From: an uncultured Eubacteriales bacterium
GTDB taxonomy: Bacteria; Bacillota; Clostridia; Oscillospirales; Acutalibacteraceae
Assembly: GCA_964369415.1 (NCBI GenBank)
Contig: CAYJFP010000003.1
Coordinates: 31,782 to 95,781, forward strand
DNA length: 64,000 nt
Direction of reading: 5' to 3'
Of this stretch, positions 8,080 through 18,477 are shown one piece after another. The notes under the pieces are model-generated. The model had not been told where the DNA came from and searched no databases. It saw only the letters and a list, made by a program, of their open reading frames with translations. Position 1 is the stretch's first letter, and each line of letters begins with the position of its first letter. The translations under genes and the position numbers were made by a program.

Positions 8080-9162
8080 GTGGAAATTATAGATTTGCTA
8101 AAAGAAATGGTTAATAAACATGCCTCTGACATTTTTATCATTGCGGGTAGACCCCTTAGTTTCAAGTTAAACCAAAGGATAGAAACTCTAAATGATACGG
8201 TGATTTTGCCGGCGGCCGCAGAGGAAATGATTGAAAGTGTGTACACTCTTTCAAAAAGAGACATTAGCCTCGTAAGAGACAAGGGTGATGATGACTTTTC
8301 ATTCGCTATAAAAGGCGTCTCTCGTTTTCGTATAAACACATATAAGCAAAGAGGTTCACTTGCCGCTGTTATTCGTGTTGTACCCTTTTCACTGCCTAAA
8401 CCTGAAGAAATTCATATTCCAACCGATATTTTAGAGCTTGGTAACAAGCAAAGAGGACTTGTGCTTGTAACAGGTTCATCTTGTAGCGGTAAAACCACTA
8501 CTCTTACTTGTATATTGGATGAAATAAATAAGACTAGGCCTGCGCACATCATCACTCTTGAAGACCCTATTGAGCATCTCCATTCTCATAAAACAAGTAT
8601 TATTAGCCAAAGAGAAATCACACTTGATACAGGCGATTATCCCGCCTCTTTAAGAGCAGCACTAAGGCAAAGCCCCGATGTTATCTTAATCGGTGAGCTT
8701 CGTGATCCTACCACGATCAACATTGCGCTTACGGCTTCTGAAACTGGCCACCTCGTGTTTTCTGCTCTTCATACACTCGGTGCAGCAAACTCTATAGATA
8801 GACTTGTCGACAGTTTCCCAGCTAACCAGCAACCACAAATCAGAATGCAACTTTCTATGGTTCTACAAACTGTTGTATGCCAGCAACTTGTTCCGACCGT
8901 CGATGGAAAAGTGCGTCCTGTCTTTGAAATTATGCATTGTAATAACGCTATAAGAACACTGATTCGTGACGGCAGAACTCACCAGATTAACTCTATCATC
9001 CAGTCTTCTTCAGCCGCTGGAATGATTACCATGGATTCTAGTCTTGCAAAACTTTATAAAGAAGGCATGATTACTAGAGATACCGCCTTAACTTACAGCC
9101 TTACTCCTGCTTTTCTTCTTCGCCAAATTGGAGAAGAACCACTTGCAATGGGAATACACTGA
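8080..9162 (+). CDS. pilT: PilT-family secretion ATPase (retraction-type hexameric motor)
   Basis: Walker A GSSCSGKTTTL, Walker B/Asp box ILIGELRD, His box GHLVFSALHT. PilT-specific AIRNLIRE-type motif AIRTLIRDGRTHQI. N-terminal ASDIFIIAG...FRINTYKQ. Start placed at GTG 8080 behind AAAGGAG; the ORF track starts at 8050. Confidence 0.85.
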   Translation: MEIIDLLKEMVNKHASDIFIIAGRPLSFKLNQRIETLNDTVILPAAAEEMIESVYTLSKRDISLVRDKGDDDFSFAIKGVSRFRINTYKQRGSLAAVIRVVPFSLPKPEEIHIPTDILELGNKQRGLVLVTGSSCSGKTTTLTCILDEINKTRPAHIITLEDPIEHLHSHKTSIISQREITLDTGDYPASLRAALRQSPDVILIGELRDPTTINIALTASETGHLVFSALHTLGAANSIDRLVDSFPANQQPQIRMQLSMVLQTVVCQQLVPTVDGKVRPVFEIMHCNNAIRTLIRDGRTHQINSIIQSSSAAGMITMDSSLAKLYKEGMITRDTALTYSLTPAFLLRQIGEEPLAMGIH

Positions 9163-9220
9163 TTTATATTTTGTCTTTAAACATGAATCTATAGACACTA
9201 GTCTATTATTTACAAAATAG

Positions 9221-9256
9221 AAAACGGAGATGTGAAAGTCACATCTCCGTTTTCTA
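9221..9256. terminator. bidirectional intrinsic terminator
   Basis: 12-bp stem ACGGAGATGTGA/TCACATCTCCGT flanked by AAA on the 5' side and TTTCTATTTT on the 3' side. Confidence 0.75.
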
Positions 9257-9259
9257 TTT

Positions 9260-10060
9260 TCACTCTGCAAATTCTATATTAATTTCGCCGTTCACTGTAT
9301 TTGCCTCCATGCTTTTTTCCCTATCAGACATATTAATGTCTTCTAAGTTATTAGAGCCATTTACCGTGCTTGAACTTACGTTGTACTCGTTTTTGTCGCC
9401 CAAAATATTTCCGCTTATCTCTCCATTCAGGGTTTCAAAATCCATTTCATCTGAAACTAAATCCTGAATCTCAATTTCTCCATTTACTGTTTTGGCACTT
9501 ACTTCTTTAAGTGAAGAATTTTCCAAAGTAATTTCACCGTTAATATTTTCCAATTTTGTTTTTTCTGAATCAGAATTTTTAATCACAATATCTCCGTTTG
9601 TAACAAAGATTTCAATTTCATCTGAACTCAAATCTGAAACAGTAATGTCACTGTTGACGCTTTCAATGAACAAATCACCTTTATAGTCTTTAGGAAGTAG
9701 CACTTCAACATCTGAACTGCCTAAAGAAATATAAAAAAGTCTCTCAAGCCAGTTATAGTCTTCCACTTTTTCTATAATTAAATCTTGCCCATCTTCAATT
9801 TCGTAGTATTCCTTTTCTCTTTCAGTATAATTAATATATATTTTATCATCATTAGAAACGCCAATCACTATATTTGAACTTATGTCGTCAATCACTATGT
9901 CTTTATTTTCACTCTCAAGCACTATGCTTTTTTCTTCAAACGTACCGCTAGTGTTGAACAAACTCATAAAGTCATAGCCCAAAAACATCATTGCGATATT
10001 ATAAAGTATGATTCCGACACCTATCAAAACTGCGCCTAAAATTATAATTTTATTTTTCAT
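9260..10060 (-). CDS. membrane-anchored beta-repeat protein (DUF4097-like putative adhesin fold)
   Basis: N-terminal TM, then repetitive short beta-strand units (GDIVIKN, GEITLEN, GEIEIQD, GEISGNI, GEINIEF). ATG 10060 behind GAGGGG. Confidence 0.7.
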   Translation of the reverse strand: MKNKIIILGAVLIGVGIILYNIAMMFLGYDFMSLFNTSGTFEEKSIVLESENKDIVIDDISSNIVIGVSNDDKIYINYTEREKEYYEIEDGQDLIIEKVEDYNWLERLFYISLGSSDVEVLLPKDYKGDLFIESVNSDITVSDLSSDEIEIFVTNGDIVIKNSDSEKTKLENINGEITLENSSLKEVSAKTVNGEIEIQDLVSDEMDFETLNGEISGNILGDKNEYNVSSSTVNGSNNLEDINMSDREKSMEANTVNGEINIEFAE

Positions 10061-10061
10061 C

Positions 10062-10658
10062 TTAACCCCTCGCTTTGTCTTTTTTTCTGAAAAAACTTCC
10101 AATCCACTTGAACATTCTCAACATTACTCTAAAAGAGAATTTTGTAAAGGTAATAAGTGGGAAAATGCTGACTAACAAGAGTCCTAAACTGGCGATTCCC
10201 ATTGCCATAAGCGCCAAACCTTGCGGAACTCCTATGTGGAACATATTGAATATTCCTTGTAAAATTCCAGCAAGTCCCGCTGTCGCAAAGACTAATTCCA
10301 CCGAAAATGCCATTAATAACATCGAACCTGCCAAGGCTACAACAGTGATTATCAATGCAAAAATTAAAGACGCTATCGTTAGCCAAAACGGCGAGGCTAA
10401 AATTATGAGAATAATCCATAAGACTTTATTTTTACTGCCCGACACCTTATTTATAACGGGAATGGTAAACTCTCCTTCGATGTCGCTTTCAATAGAGTTT
10501 ATATCCCCCATGTCCGAAACAGCTTCCTCTTCGCTCATGCCCGACTCTATCCTGTCGCTTATGCTCTCCTCGTAAAAGCTGAGTATTCTTTCAACCTCGC
10601 TATATGGCATGTGGCTTAATTTAGTTTTCAATTCTTCCATAAATTCATGTTTATTCAT
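10062..10658 (-). CDS. DUF1700-like membrane protein
   Basis: N-terminus HEFMEELKTKLSHMPYSEVERILSFYEESI followed by a polytopic C-terminus. The start overlaps the PadR stop. Confidence 0.7.
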   Translation of the reverse strand: MNKHEFMEELKTKLSHMPYSEVERILSFYEESISDRIESGMSEEEAVSDMGDINSIESDIEGEFTIPVINKVSGSKNKVLWIILIILASPFWLTIASLIFALIITVVALAGSMLLMAFSVELVFATAGLAGILQGIFNMFHIGVPQGLALMAMGIASLGLLLVSIFPLITFTKFSFRVMLRMFKWIGSFFRKKDKARG

Positions 10659-10986
10659 GAGTATTCCCTCCACTTTTTTCTATATCTTCTGCAATAAATT
10701 CGTAAACTTTCATTACCTCGGCCCAGTCTTCAATAAAATTTTGTGTTTGCTTTATCCCTTTTGAAGTAATTTTATAGTATTTTCTTAGTCTACTGTTGTG
10801 TTCTACCGTGTATACACTTAAAAATTCGCTTGCTTCAAGACGCTTTAAAATCGGATACAAAGTTGATTCTGAAACTTTAATATACTCAGAAATATCCTTT
10901 ATAAGCTGATATCCATAGGAATCACCCCTTGTAAGCAATTTTAAAACACACGCTTCAAGTAGGCCTCTTTTCATTTGGCTGTCCAA
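10651..10986 (-). CDS. PadR-family transcriptional regulator
   Basis: LLEACVLKLL..GDSYGYQLIKDI...STLYPILKRLE...RKYYKITSKG. Confidence 0.9.
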   Translation of the reverse strand: MDSQMKRGLLEACVLKLLTRGDSYGYQLIKDISEYIKVSESTLYPILKRLEASEFLSVYTVEHNSRLRKYYKITSKGIKQTQNFIEDWAEVMKVYEFIAEDIEKSGGNTHE

Positions 10987-11067
10987 TTCATTTCCCCCTT
11001 ATACCTTAACTTTGACTATATTATACGTCACATAGTATAATATGTCAAGAAGTATTTCTAATAAATT

Positions 11068-11106
11068 AATGCCCTATAGTAGAATTTTTTCCACTATAGG
11101 GCATTT
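11068..11106 (-). terminator. intrinsic terminator after the EIIC-like gene
   Basis: 10-bp stem GCCCTATAGT/ACTATAGGGC, A/T-rich flanks. Confidence 0.55.
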
Positions 11107-11129
11107 TAAAACTAAATTTCAGCCATAAA

Positions 11130-12143
11130 TTATCTATTTTCTAATATTGTAATCTTCATATCGCCTTTTTTAACCCATCCAATTTTTACTAAAAGGCCAT
11201 TGACTCCCAAACTGATTATCGCTGGAAGTACAAAATGAAGTAATAACACCCATAAAAGAGTTATCACAAAGTCGCCACTCATCGACTCAAATGTGCCAAA
11301 CTGCCCTACAAGTCCACTAGTTCCCATTCCAGAACCAGCCGGTGTGTTTGTCATTTTGAATATCGTGGTGGACAGTGGCCCTAGGACAGCCGCCGCCAAA
11401 GTTGGTGCAATTAATATCACAGGCTTCTTCATAATATTCGAAAACTGTAGCATGGAAGTTCCAAGACCTTGTGAAATAAGTCCACCCCAGCCGTTATCCT
11501 TAAAGCTAATCACAGCAAATCCAATCATCTGCGCACAACATCCGACAGTCGCCGCACCGCCCGCTAATCCACTTAAACCAAGCATTATGCATAGCGCTGC
11601 CGAGCTTATCGGTGCCGTCAAAGCAAGTCCTACAATGACCGCAACAGCAATTCCCATCGGAATCGGACTTAGCTCTGTTGCCATGTTTATTACCGAACCT
11701 AGACTGTTCATCATTGTACTTATCGGTGTACCCATGAACATTGCAGCAGTACATCCGCTTACAATAGTCACAATCGGCGAGAGAACTATATCCACCTTTG
11801 TCTTACCGCTTATCAGTGAACCAATTTCACTTCCGACAACCGCCCCTATAAATGCTCCCACAGGCCCGCCTACTTGATATCCATACGCACCCGTTATAAC
11901 TGATGAAAAAATAACAAGCGGCTTTGCCTTTAATCCATACGATATCGCCGCACCTATTGCACCGCCGACTACAGGCGAAGTCGCACTCGCAACCGAGGCA
12001 AACTCGCCGAGAAATCCCATATAGGGCAATTTACTGATTTGCGACAGGATTAAACCTATTATCAGTGATGAAAAAAGTCCAAGTGCCATTGCGCTCATTG
12101 CATCAATAAAGTAACGCTTCAAAAATTTAACTATTATGCTCAT
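11130..12143 (-). CDS. polytopic membrane protein, PTS EIIC-like permease
   Basis: About 10 Gly/Ala-rich TM helices. Family assignment is from recalled resemblance only. ATG 12143 behind GGGGG. Confidence 0.5.
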   Translation of the reverse strand: MSIIVKFLKRYFIDAMSAMALGLFSSLIIGLILSQISKLPYMGFLGEFASVASATSPVVGGAIGAAISYGLKAKPLVIFSSVITGAYGYQVGGPVGAFIGAVVGSEIGSLISGKTKVDIVLSPIVTIVSGCTAAMFMGTPISTMMNSLGSVINMATELSPIPMGIAVAVIVGLALTAPISSAALCIMLGLSGLAGGAATVGCCAQMIGFAVISFKDNGWGGLISQGLGTSMLQFSNIMKKPVILIAPTLAAAVLGPLSTTIFKMTNTPAGSGMGTSGLVGQFGTFESMSGDFVITLLWVLLLHFVLPAIISLGVNGLLVKIGWVKKGDMKITILENR

Positions 12144-12204
12144 TTTTACCCCCAAAATTATGAAATATCAAAAGCAGATGGATTTTACCACCCGCTTAAA
12201 TTAT

Positions 12205-13092
12205 TTAGCCTTTAAGAATTACCGATTGTTTCGCTGGACTTGACCTTCCTTCTAAATTCGGAAATCTTCTTTCAAGTGCCGCAAAGCCAATTTCAATATC
12301 TTCCTCTGCTTCTAGCTGTGACATTACTCCAACCGTTACCATGTCGCACTCTCTAATTGTGTTGTAGACAAAATTAAGACCGACATAAGGAGTACATCTT
12401 CCCGCCGCAAAAGGCTTGATTGTCATGACAGGTTTTTTTGCATTGTTTATAACTTTTGAAATATACTCAACCTCAACTTGCATCAAAAATCCCATGCAGT
12501 TATAGATTTGAATATAGGTTTCAACATCGTATTCGTTCATATCGGAGTACAAAATCAGTTCAGGCATATGAGCCGAAAGACCTGGTTTCATGCCCGCATC
12601 TCTAATCATTTTGAGATAATCTTCAAGTCTATCGAGCGTCTTTTTATTCTTATTTACAAGCTGCTCTGCACTTGCATGATGAATAAGGCAAAATTCCGCT
12701 CCATTTTTAGCTGACTCTTTAATTTGCAATTCTGCTTCTTTTCTAGCTGTTTCGTTGTCGTCCATGTTAAGTATCGGCGTATCGATAATATGTATCTTCT
12801 TGCCCGACTTTTCTTGTGCGTAATCTACCGCTCTTTTAAGGATAGGATTATCTGCAAAAAGCCCCATCACAGCATCAATACCACTGTTCAAATAGGTTTC
12901 AAACACTGGATAAAATACTTTTTCATCACTAAACTTCTGCTTAATCATCGTATCTGCCGCATTGCTTGTATGGCTATATCCGCAAAACCAGTTTGTTCCT
13001 ATCAGCATCCTCGGAAGTGAAATGCCCGCTACCTCAGTTCTTGGAAATAATTTTTGCTCCATAAATCTCTTGCCTGATATTTTTTCAGGCAA
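12205..13092 (-). CDS. conserved hypothetical cytoplasmic protein
   Basis: Long ORF with coding-like composition, 49 nt upstream of the EIIC-like gene. No motif recognised. Start is uncertain: TTG 13092 or ATG 13062. Confidence 0.5.
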   Translation of the reverse strand: MPEKISGKRFMEQKLFPRTEVAGISLPRMLIGTNWFCGYSHTSNAADTMIKQKFSDEKVFYPVFETYLNSGIDAVMGLFADNPILKRAVDYAQEKSGKKIHIIDTPILNMDDNETARKEAELQIKESAKNGAEFCLIHHASAEQLVNKNKKTLDRLEDYLKMIRDAGMKPGLSAHMPELILYSDMNEYDVETYIQIYNCMGFLMQVEVEYISKVINNAKKPVMTIKPFAAGRCTPYVGLNFVYNTIRECDMVTVGVMSQLEAEEDIEIGFAALERRFPNLEGRSSPAKQSVILKG

Positions 13093-13154
13093 ATACCTAC
13101 CTTTCTAATAAAAAATAAGTTCTATCATAAACACACCTCGGCATGCTTATTCTG

Positions 13155-13943
13155 CTAAAATTTCCATTTCCATTTGTTAAAATATCTAAACATCGACATA
13201 AGCCAACGCCTTATGCCTATCATACTTCTAGTATTTCCTCTTTCCCATGCATGAAAAACGCTTGTAATCGGACAATATTCAACTTTTCCAAGCTCTTTTG
13301 CCCTTCGTGAAATATCAGCATCTTCCATATACATGAAAAACCTGTCGTCAAATCCGCCTAGTTTCTTAAAAACTTCTGTTCTTATCCCAAAAAAACACCC
13401 TGTCGAAAATTCTACTTCTGTCGGCTTACTCAAGTCTTCTGTTTCTCTTGTATACTCTTTTCTAAGGCGCTTAAACCCTGGAAATTTACTCACTATCACA
13501 TATCTTATTGTAGGATTCTTCTTCGGTAGATTTTGCCTTGTGCCGTCTAAATTTAGTATTTCAGGTGTGACTATCACCGTGTCTTGATTCTTAGATAAAT
13601 ACTCGCTCAACACCGAGATACTGTCCTCTTTTAAAATTATATCAGGATTAACCACAAAATGAAAGTCACTATTTACCAAGGGAATAATTTTATTGTGCCC
13701 GTATCCAAAACCACCATTTTTTTCATTTTCAAGAAGAATCACACTCGGAAATTTCTCTTTGATAATCTCTCTTGTAGAGTCTGTAGACTTATTATCAGAA
13801 ACTATTAGTTCTAAATCAGTTCCCTTTGTAAACTCTATTATAGATTTTAGGCAATCTTCAATCACGTCTTCGTTATTATAGCTTGTTATACAAGCGCTGA
13901 CTTTGTACAAAGGCACAAACGCTCCCTTACTCTTTATTTTCAA
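13155..13943 (-). CDS. family 2 glycosyltransferase
   Basis: SACITSYNNEDVIEDCL...VSDNKSTDST...GGFGYGHN...YMEDADIS. Confidence 0.85.
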   Translation of the reverse strand: MKIKSKGAFVPLYKVSACITSYNNEDVIEDCLKSIIEFTKGTDLELIVSDNKSTDSTREIIKEKFPSVILLENEKNGGFGYGHNKIIPLVNSDFHFVVNPDIILKEDSISVLSEYLSKNQDTVIVTPEILNLDGTRQNLPKKNPTIRYVIVSKFPGFKRLRKEYTRETEDLSKPTEVEFSTGCFFGIRTEVFKKLGGFDDRFFMYMEDADISRRAKELGKVEYCPITSVFHAWERGNTRSMIGIRRWLMSMFRYFNKWKWKF

Positions 13944-15318
13944 AATTCGTCTTCAACTGCTCTAACAACTCATCATCCTTTATGCTAAAAGCCTCTGTGC
14001 TGTCTGATTTAAAGAACACAATTAATGTTTGGAGTATGAGTTTCAAATCTATCCAAATATTGTACTTTTTAATATATGTCAAATCTAAAATCAATTTATT
14101 TTTTGGACTCGTATTATATTTTCCTACGATTTGTGCATAACCTGAAAGACCTGCCTTTACAAGAAGCCTATATTTAAATTCTGGTAGTTCCTTGGTATAA
14201 TCCAAAACATTTTTTATCATTTCAGGTCTAGGACCTATTAGGCTCATGTCTCCTAATAGAACATTTATAAACTGTGGTAGTTCATCAAGTCTTGTTTTTC
14301 TAAGTAATTTACCTACAGCGGTGATTCTTTCATCGTCTGTTATCGCCGAGCGATTTTCACAGTTTTCTTTCATTGTTCTAAATTTGTATACTTTGAAAAT
14401 TCTTCCACCTCTAGTCGCCCTGTTTTGGGTGAAAAATATCTTTCCGCCATCGCAACATTTAATCATAATCGCACTGATAAGCCAAATGGGCGAGCTGAAA
14501 ATTATCGCTGGAATACACACAAAAAGGTCAAGCGTCCTCTTTGATATTCTCTGCTGAAGGGAAAGTCCTTTTATATTTGCATTTACAAATGAGTGGTCAT
14601 CAAGCAAAGCCTGAATCGCATTAACTTCGATTACATCGTTGATTTCAGGCGTAAAGAATACGTTTTTACCTTGATTGTAGCAAAATTCTAAAATTCTCTC
14701 ACGCTCTTTTATCGGTACATCGCATAAGAATACCGACTCAGAATTTAAAATAACATCGTAAATTGCAGGGTCTACATAATTTATAATTTTTTTTACTTTG
14801 TACTGCTTTTTATACTTTTTAACGTTTTTAAGCGCTTCCGCCGCCGCTTCTGCCGAGGAGGAAATTATACAGGTTTTATCAGGACTTTTAACCTTGAAAT
14901 ACATGTAATTTCCAAAGTAAGTCATTATATAAATAAATACTACCTGCGCTAAAAAGACAAAGAACAAGGTTCCGACTTCGCTAAAAATGTTAAGCTGATA
15001 CCCTTGTGCCTCATTTACATTCATGATGACGAGTTGGGCATAAGTTACTATATCCGTTACCAAAATAGCCAATACTATCGAGTGGATTATCGGCTTGCTT
15101 TTTCTTTTTCCAATGTCAAAACTGCCATAGGCACGTGTCATCAATAGTCCGACTACTCCAAAGGTAAGCATTGTTACACCGGCTGTTCTAGAAAGAGTCA
15201 AAATCTGCCAGTTTTCAACAGAAAAAACTAGAAAAAATATTAAAAACAGAACTAAATATAAAAACAAAGTAAGAAAGATTACTACTGAATCTAAAAAAAC
15301 TCTAATAAAGGATTTCAA
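13927..15318 (-). CDS. polyprenyl-phosphate glycosylphosphotransferase (WbaP/EpsL-type initiating sugar transferase)
   Basis: N-terminal TM block. C-terminal KRTLDL...IFKVYKFRTM...DERIT.VGKLLRKTRLDELPQFINVL.GDMSLIGPRPE. Confidence 0.9.
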   Translation of the reverse strand: MKSFIRVFLDSVVIFLTLFLYLVLFLIFFLVFSVENWQILTLSRTAGVTMLTFGVVGLLMTRAYGSFDIGKRKSKPIIHSIVLAILVTDIVTYAQLVIMNVNEAQGYQLNIFSEVGTLFFVFLAQVVFIYIMTYFGNYMYFKVKSPDKTCIISSSAEAAAEALKNVKKYKKQYKVKKIINYVDPAIYDVILNSESVFLCDVPIKERERILEFCYNQGKNVFFTPEINDVIEVNAIQALLDDHSFVNANIKGLSLQQRISKRTLDLFVCIPAIIFSSPIWLISAIMIKCCDGGKIFFTQNRATRGGRIFKVYKFRTMKENCENRSAITDDERITAVGKLLRKTRLDELPQFINVLLGDMSLIGPRPEMIKNVLDYTKELPEFKYRLLVKAGLSGYAQIVGKYNTSPKNKLILDLTYIKKYNIWIDLKLILQTLIVFFKSDSTEAFSIKDDELLEQLKTNFENKE

Positions 15319-15434
15319 AAAATCACCTGTTTACATTCTTCAAATATTTTACTCCTATATATATTATAACAACAATTACTATTTTTACAATATATTAAAT
15401 CTAAATACACAAAATTTTATTATACGAAAACAAA

Positions 15435-16943
<1,509 letters not shown>

Positions 16944-16965
16944 TTACTTTATTTATAAGTATCTT

Positions 16966-16994
16966 ATTATATCATGGTGTTACCATGTTTTCAA
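16966..16994 (-). promoter_or_regulatory. putative sigma-A promoter of guaB with an embedded palindrome
   Basis: Minus strand: TTGAAA (16994-16989), 17-nt spacer, TATAAT (16971-16966). The spacer contains CATGGT-N3-ACCATG. Confidence 0.5.
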
Positions 16995-17116
16995 GCTTTA
17001 ATCCTCTTAAAATACAAATTGTATCATTACACAAAATAATTAAATCATTTATGAAAGTTTTTAATCGAATTTTATATTTAATTGTATTTTAATTGCATTT
17101 ATTTTTATAATACTAC

Positions 17117-17145
17117 TTGACACAGATACTTATTTAGTTTAGTAT
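17117..17145 (+). promoter_or_regulatory. putative sigma-A promoter of the first MFS gene
   Basis: TTGACA (17117-17122), 17-nt spacer, TAGTAT (17140-17145). Confidence 0.5.
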
Positions 17146-17187
17146 CACCTTAGCAATATAAATTCTAATGATTTTGAGAGAAATAAT

Positions 17188-18408
17188 ATGAGAAAATTAA
17201 GTTTGCGTTCTTTACCTCCTGAATTTAAACCCGCCGCCCATCTTTGGCTAATGATTGGTCTTTTTTACTGTTCTTGGGCATTTTCAAGTTATGGTAATAT
17301 TTACGTTCAAAACCTAGGCTTTACCGCCTCTGATTTGGGCATAATCAACGCAGTTTGTAGTTTTGCCGCAATTTTTTCCTGCATGATTTTTGGAATGATT
17401 AGCGACAGGACAAATTCTATAAAAAAAGTAGTTATACTATGTGTTATGTGCACAGGTGTTATCTACTCTTTAATACCGCTTCTACCTGTTAGCCACTCAT
17501 ATATTTTCATAATGTTTCTTGCTTATTACTCACTTAACAACATGTTCAAGTCTTCAAGCGGTTCGCTATTTGAAGGAATGGCTGTTAGAACAAGTAATAT
17601 TAAAGGAATTAACTACGGCTTAGTAAGGTCGGCAGGCTCGATTTTTTATGCTTCGTCTTCTCTTATTATTCCTATTATCATATCTTCTTTTGGTTTAGAA
17701 TCGACATTTTTAATCCATGCGATTATACACATTCCTTTGCTAATCTTACTTTTCACAGCTTATGACCCGAAAATGACGCATACAATTCAACAAGAGAAAA
17801 AGAAAGTAAGTCTTGCTCCTTTACTAAAAAATTATTTCTACGTCACCTTTCTTGTTAGTATTTCACTTTTCTTTTTGGCAAATTCAGCCATGATGTCCTT
17901 TTTTCCATATTTAATTGCAGATGTCGGTGTATCGACAGATAATATGGGTACATTTTTGGCTTTAAGGGTATGTTTTGAGATTCCGTTTTTGATTTCGGTT
18001 GCTAAACTAAGGAAAAAACTCAAGCTAAAATATTTGATTATGATAGGTTGCTCTTTGTATGCGGTCGAATGTTTTATCGTAGGATTTTTTGTTACTGGAT
18101 ACAGTGGACTACTTTTTTCTAGTATTTTTTCAGGCATGGGAAGTGGACTTTTTGTAGGAGTTGTTCCTTTTTACCTTTTTAAACTTGCACCTGATGAGTT
18201 AAAGTCTTCTGCACAAACATTCTACACTGCTGTCGTTTCCAGCGCCAGCATACTCGGCAATTTATTGGGCGGATACTTATTCGACGTTATGGGTGGTAAA
18301 AGCTTTTATATTCTTATAGGAAGTGTGATGTTACTAGCTATATTTACGTTTTTCACAACACTTTTCTTAAAGAAAAACTCTGTTAATCCAGCTGACCAAA
18401 TGAATTAA
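17188..18408 (+). CDS. MFS transporter (12-TM)
   Basis: 12 predicted TM helices. Loop motif GMISDRTNSIKK between TM2 and TM3. Confidence 0.85.
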   Translation: MRKLSLRSLPPEFKPAAHLWLMIGLFYCSWAFSSYGNIYVQNLGFTASDLGIINAVCSFAAIFSCMIFGMISDRTNSIKKVVILCVMCTGVIYSLIPLLPVSHSYIFIMFLAYYSLNNMFKSSSGSLFEGMAVRTSNIKGINYGLVRSAGSIFYASSSLIIPIIISSFGLESTFLIHAIIHIPLLILLFTAYDPKMTHTIQQEKKKVSLAPLLKNYFYVTFLVSISLFFLANSAMMSFFPYLIADVGVSTDNMGTFLALRVCFEIPFLISVAKLRKKLKLKYLIMIGCSLYAVECFIVGFFVTGYSGLLFSSIFSGMGSGLFVGVVPFYLFKLAPDELKSSAQTFYTAVVSSASILGNLLGGYLFDVMGGKSFYILIGSVMLLAIFTFFTTLFLKKNSVNPADQMN

Positions 18409-18423
18409 ATTAATATTTACTAT

Positions 18424-18453
18424 ATGGTAGCTTAAACTTATTTAAGCTACCAT
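18424..18453. other. 13-bp perfect hairpin between the two MFS genes (terminator-like, no U tract)
   Basis: ATGGTAGCTTAAA-cтta-TTTAAGCTACCAT pattern read as ATGGTAGCTTAAA / loop CTTA / TTTAAGCTACCAT. Confidence 0.4.
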
Positions 18454-18477
18454 AAATAATGATTTCAGGAGAATTAT

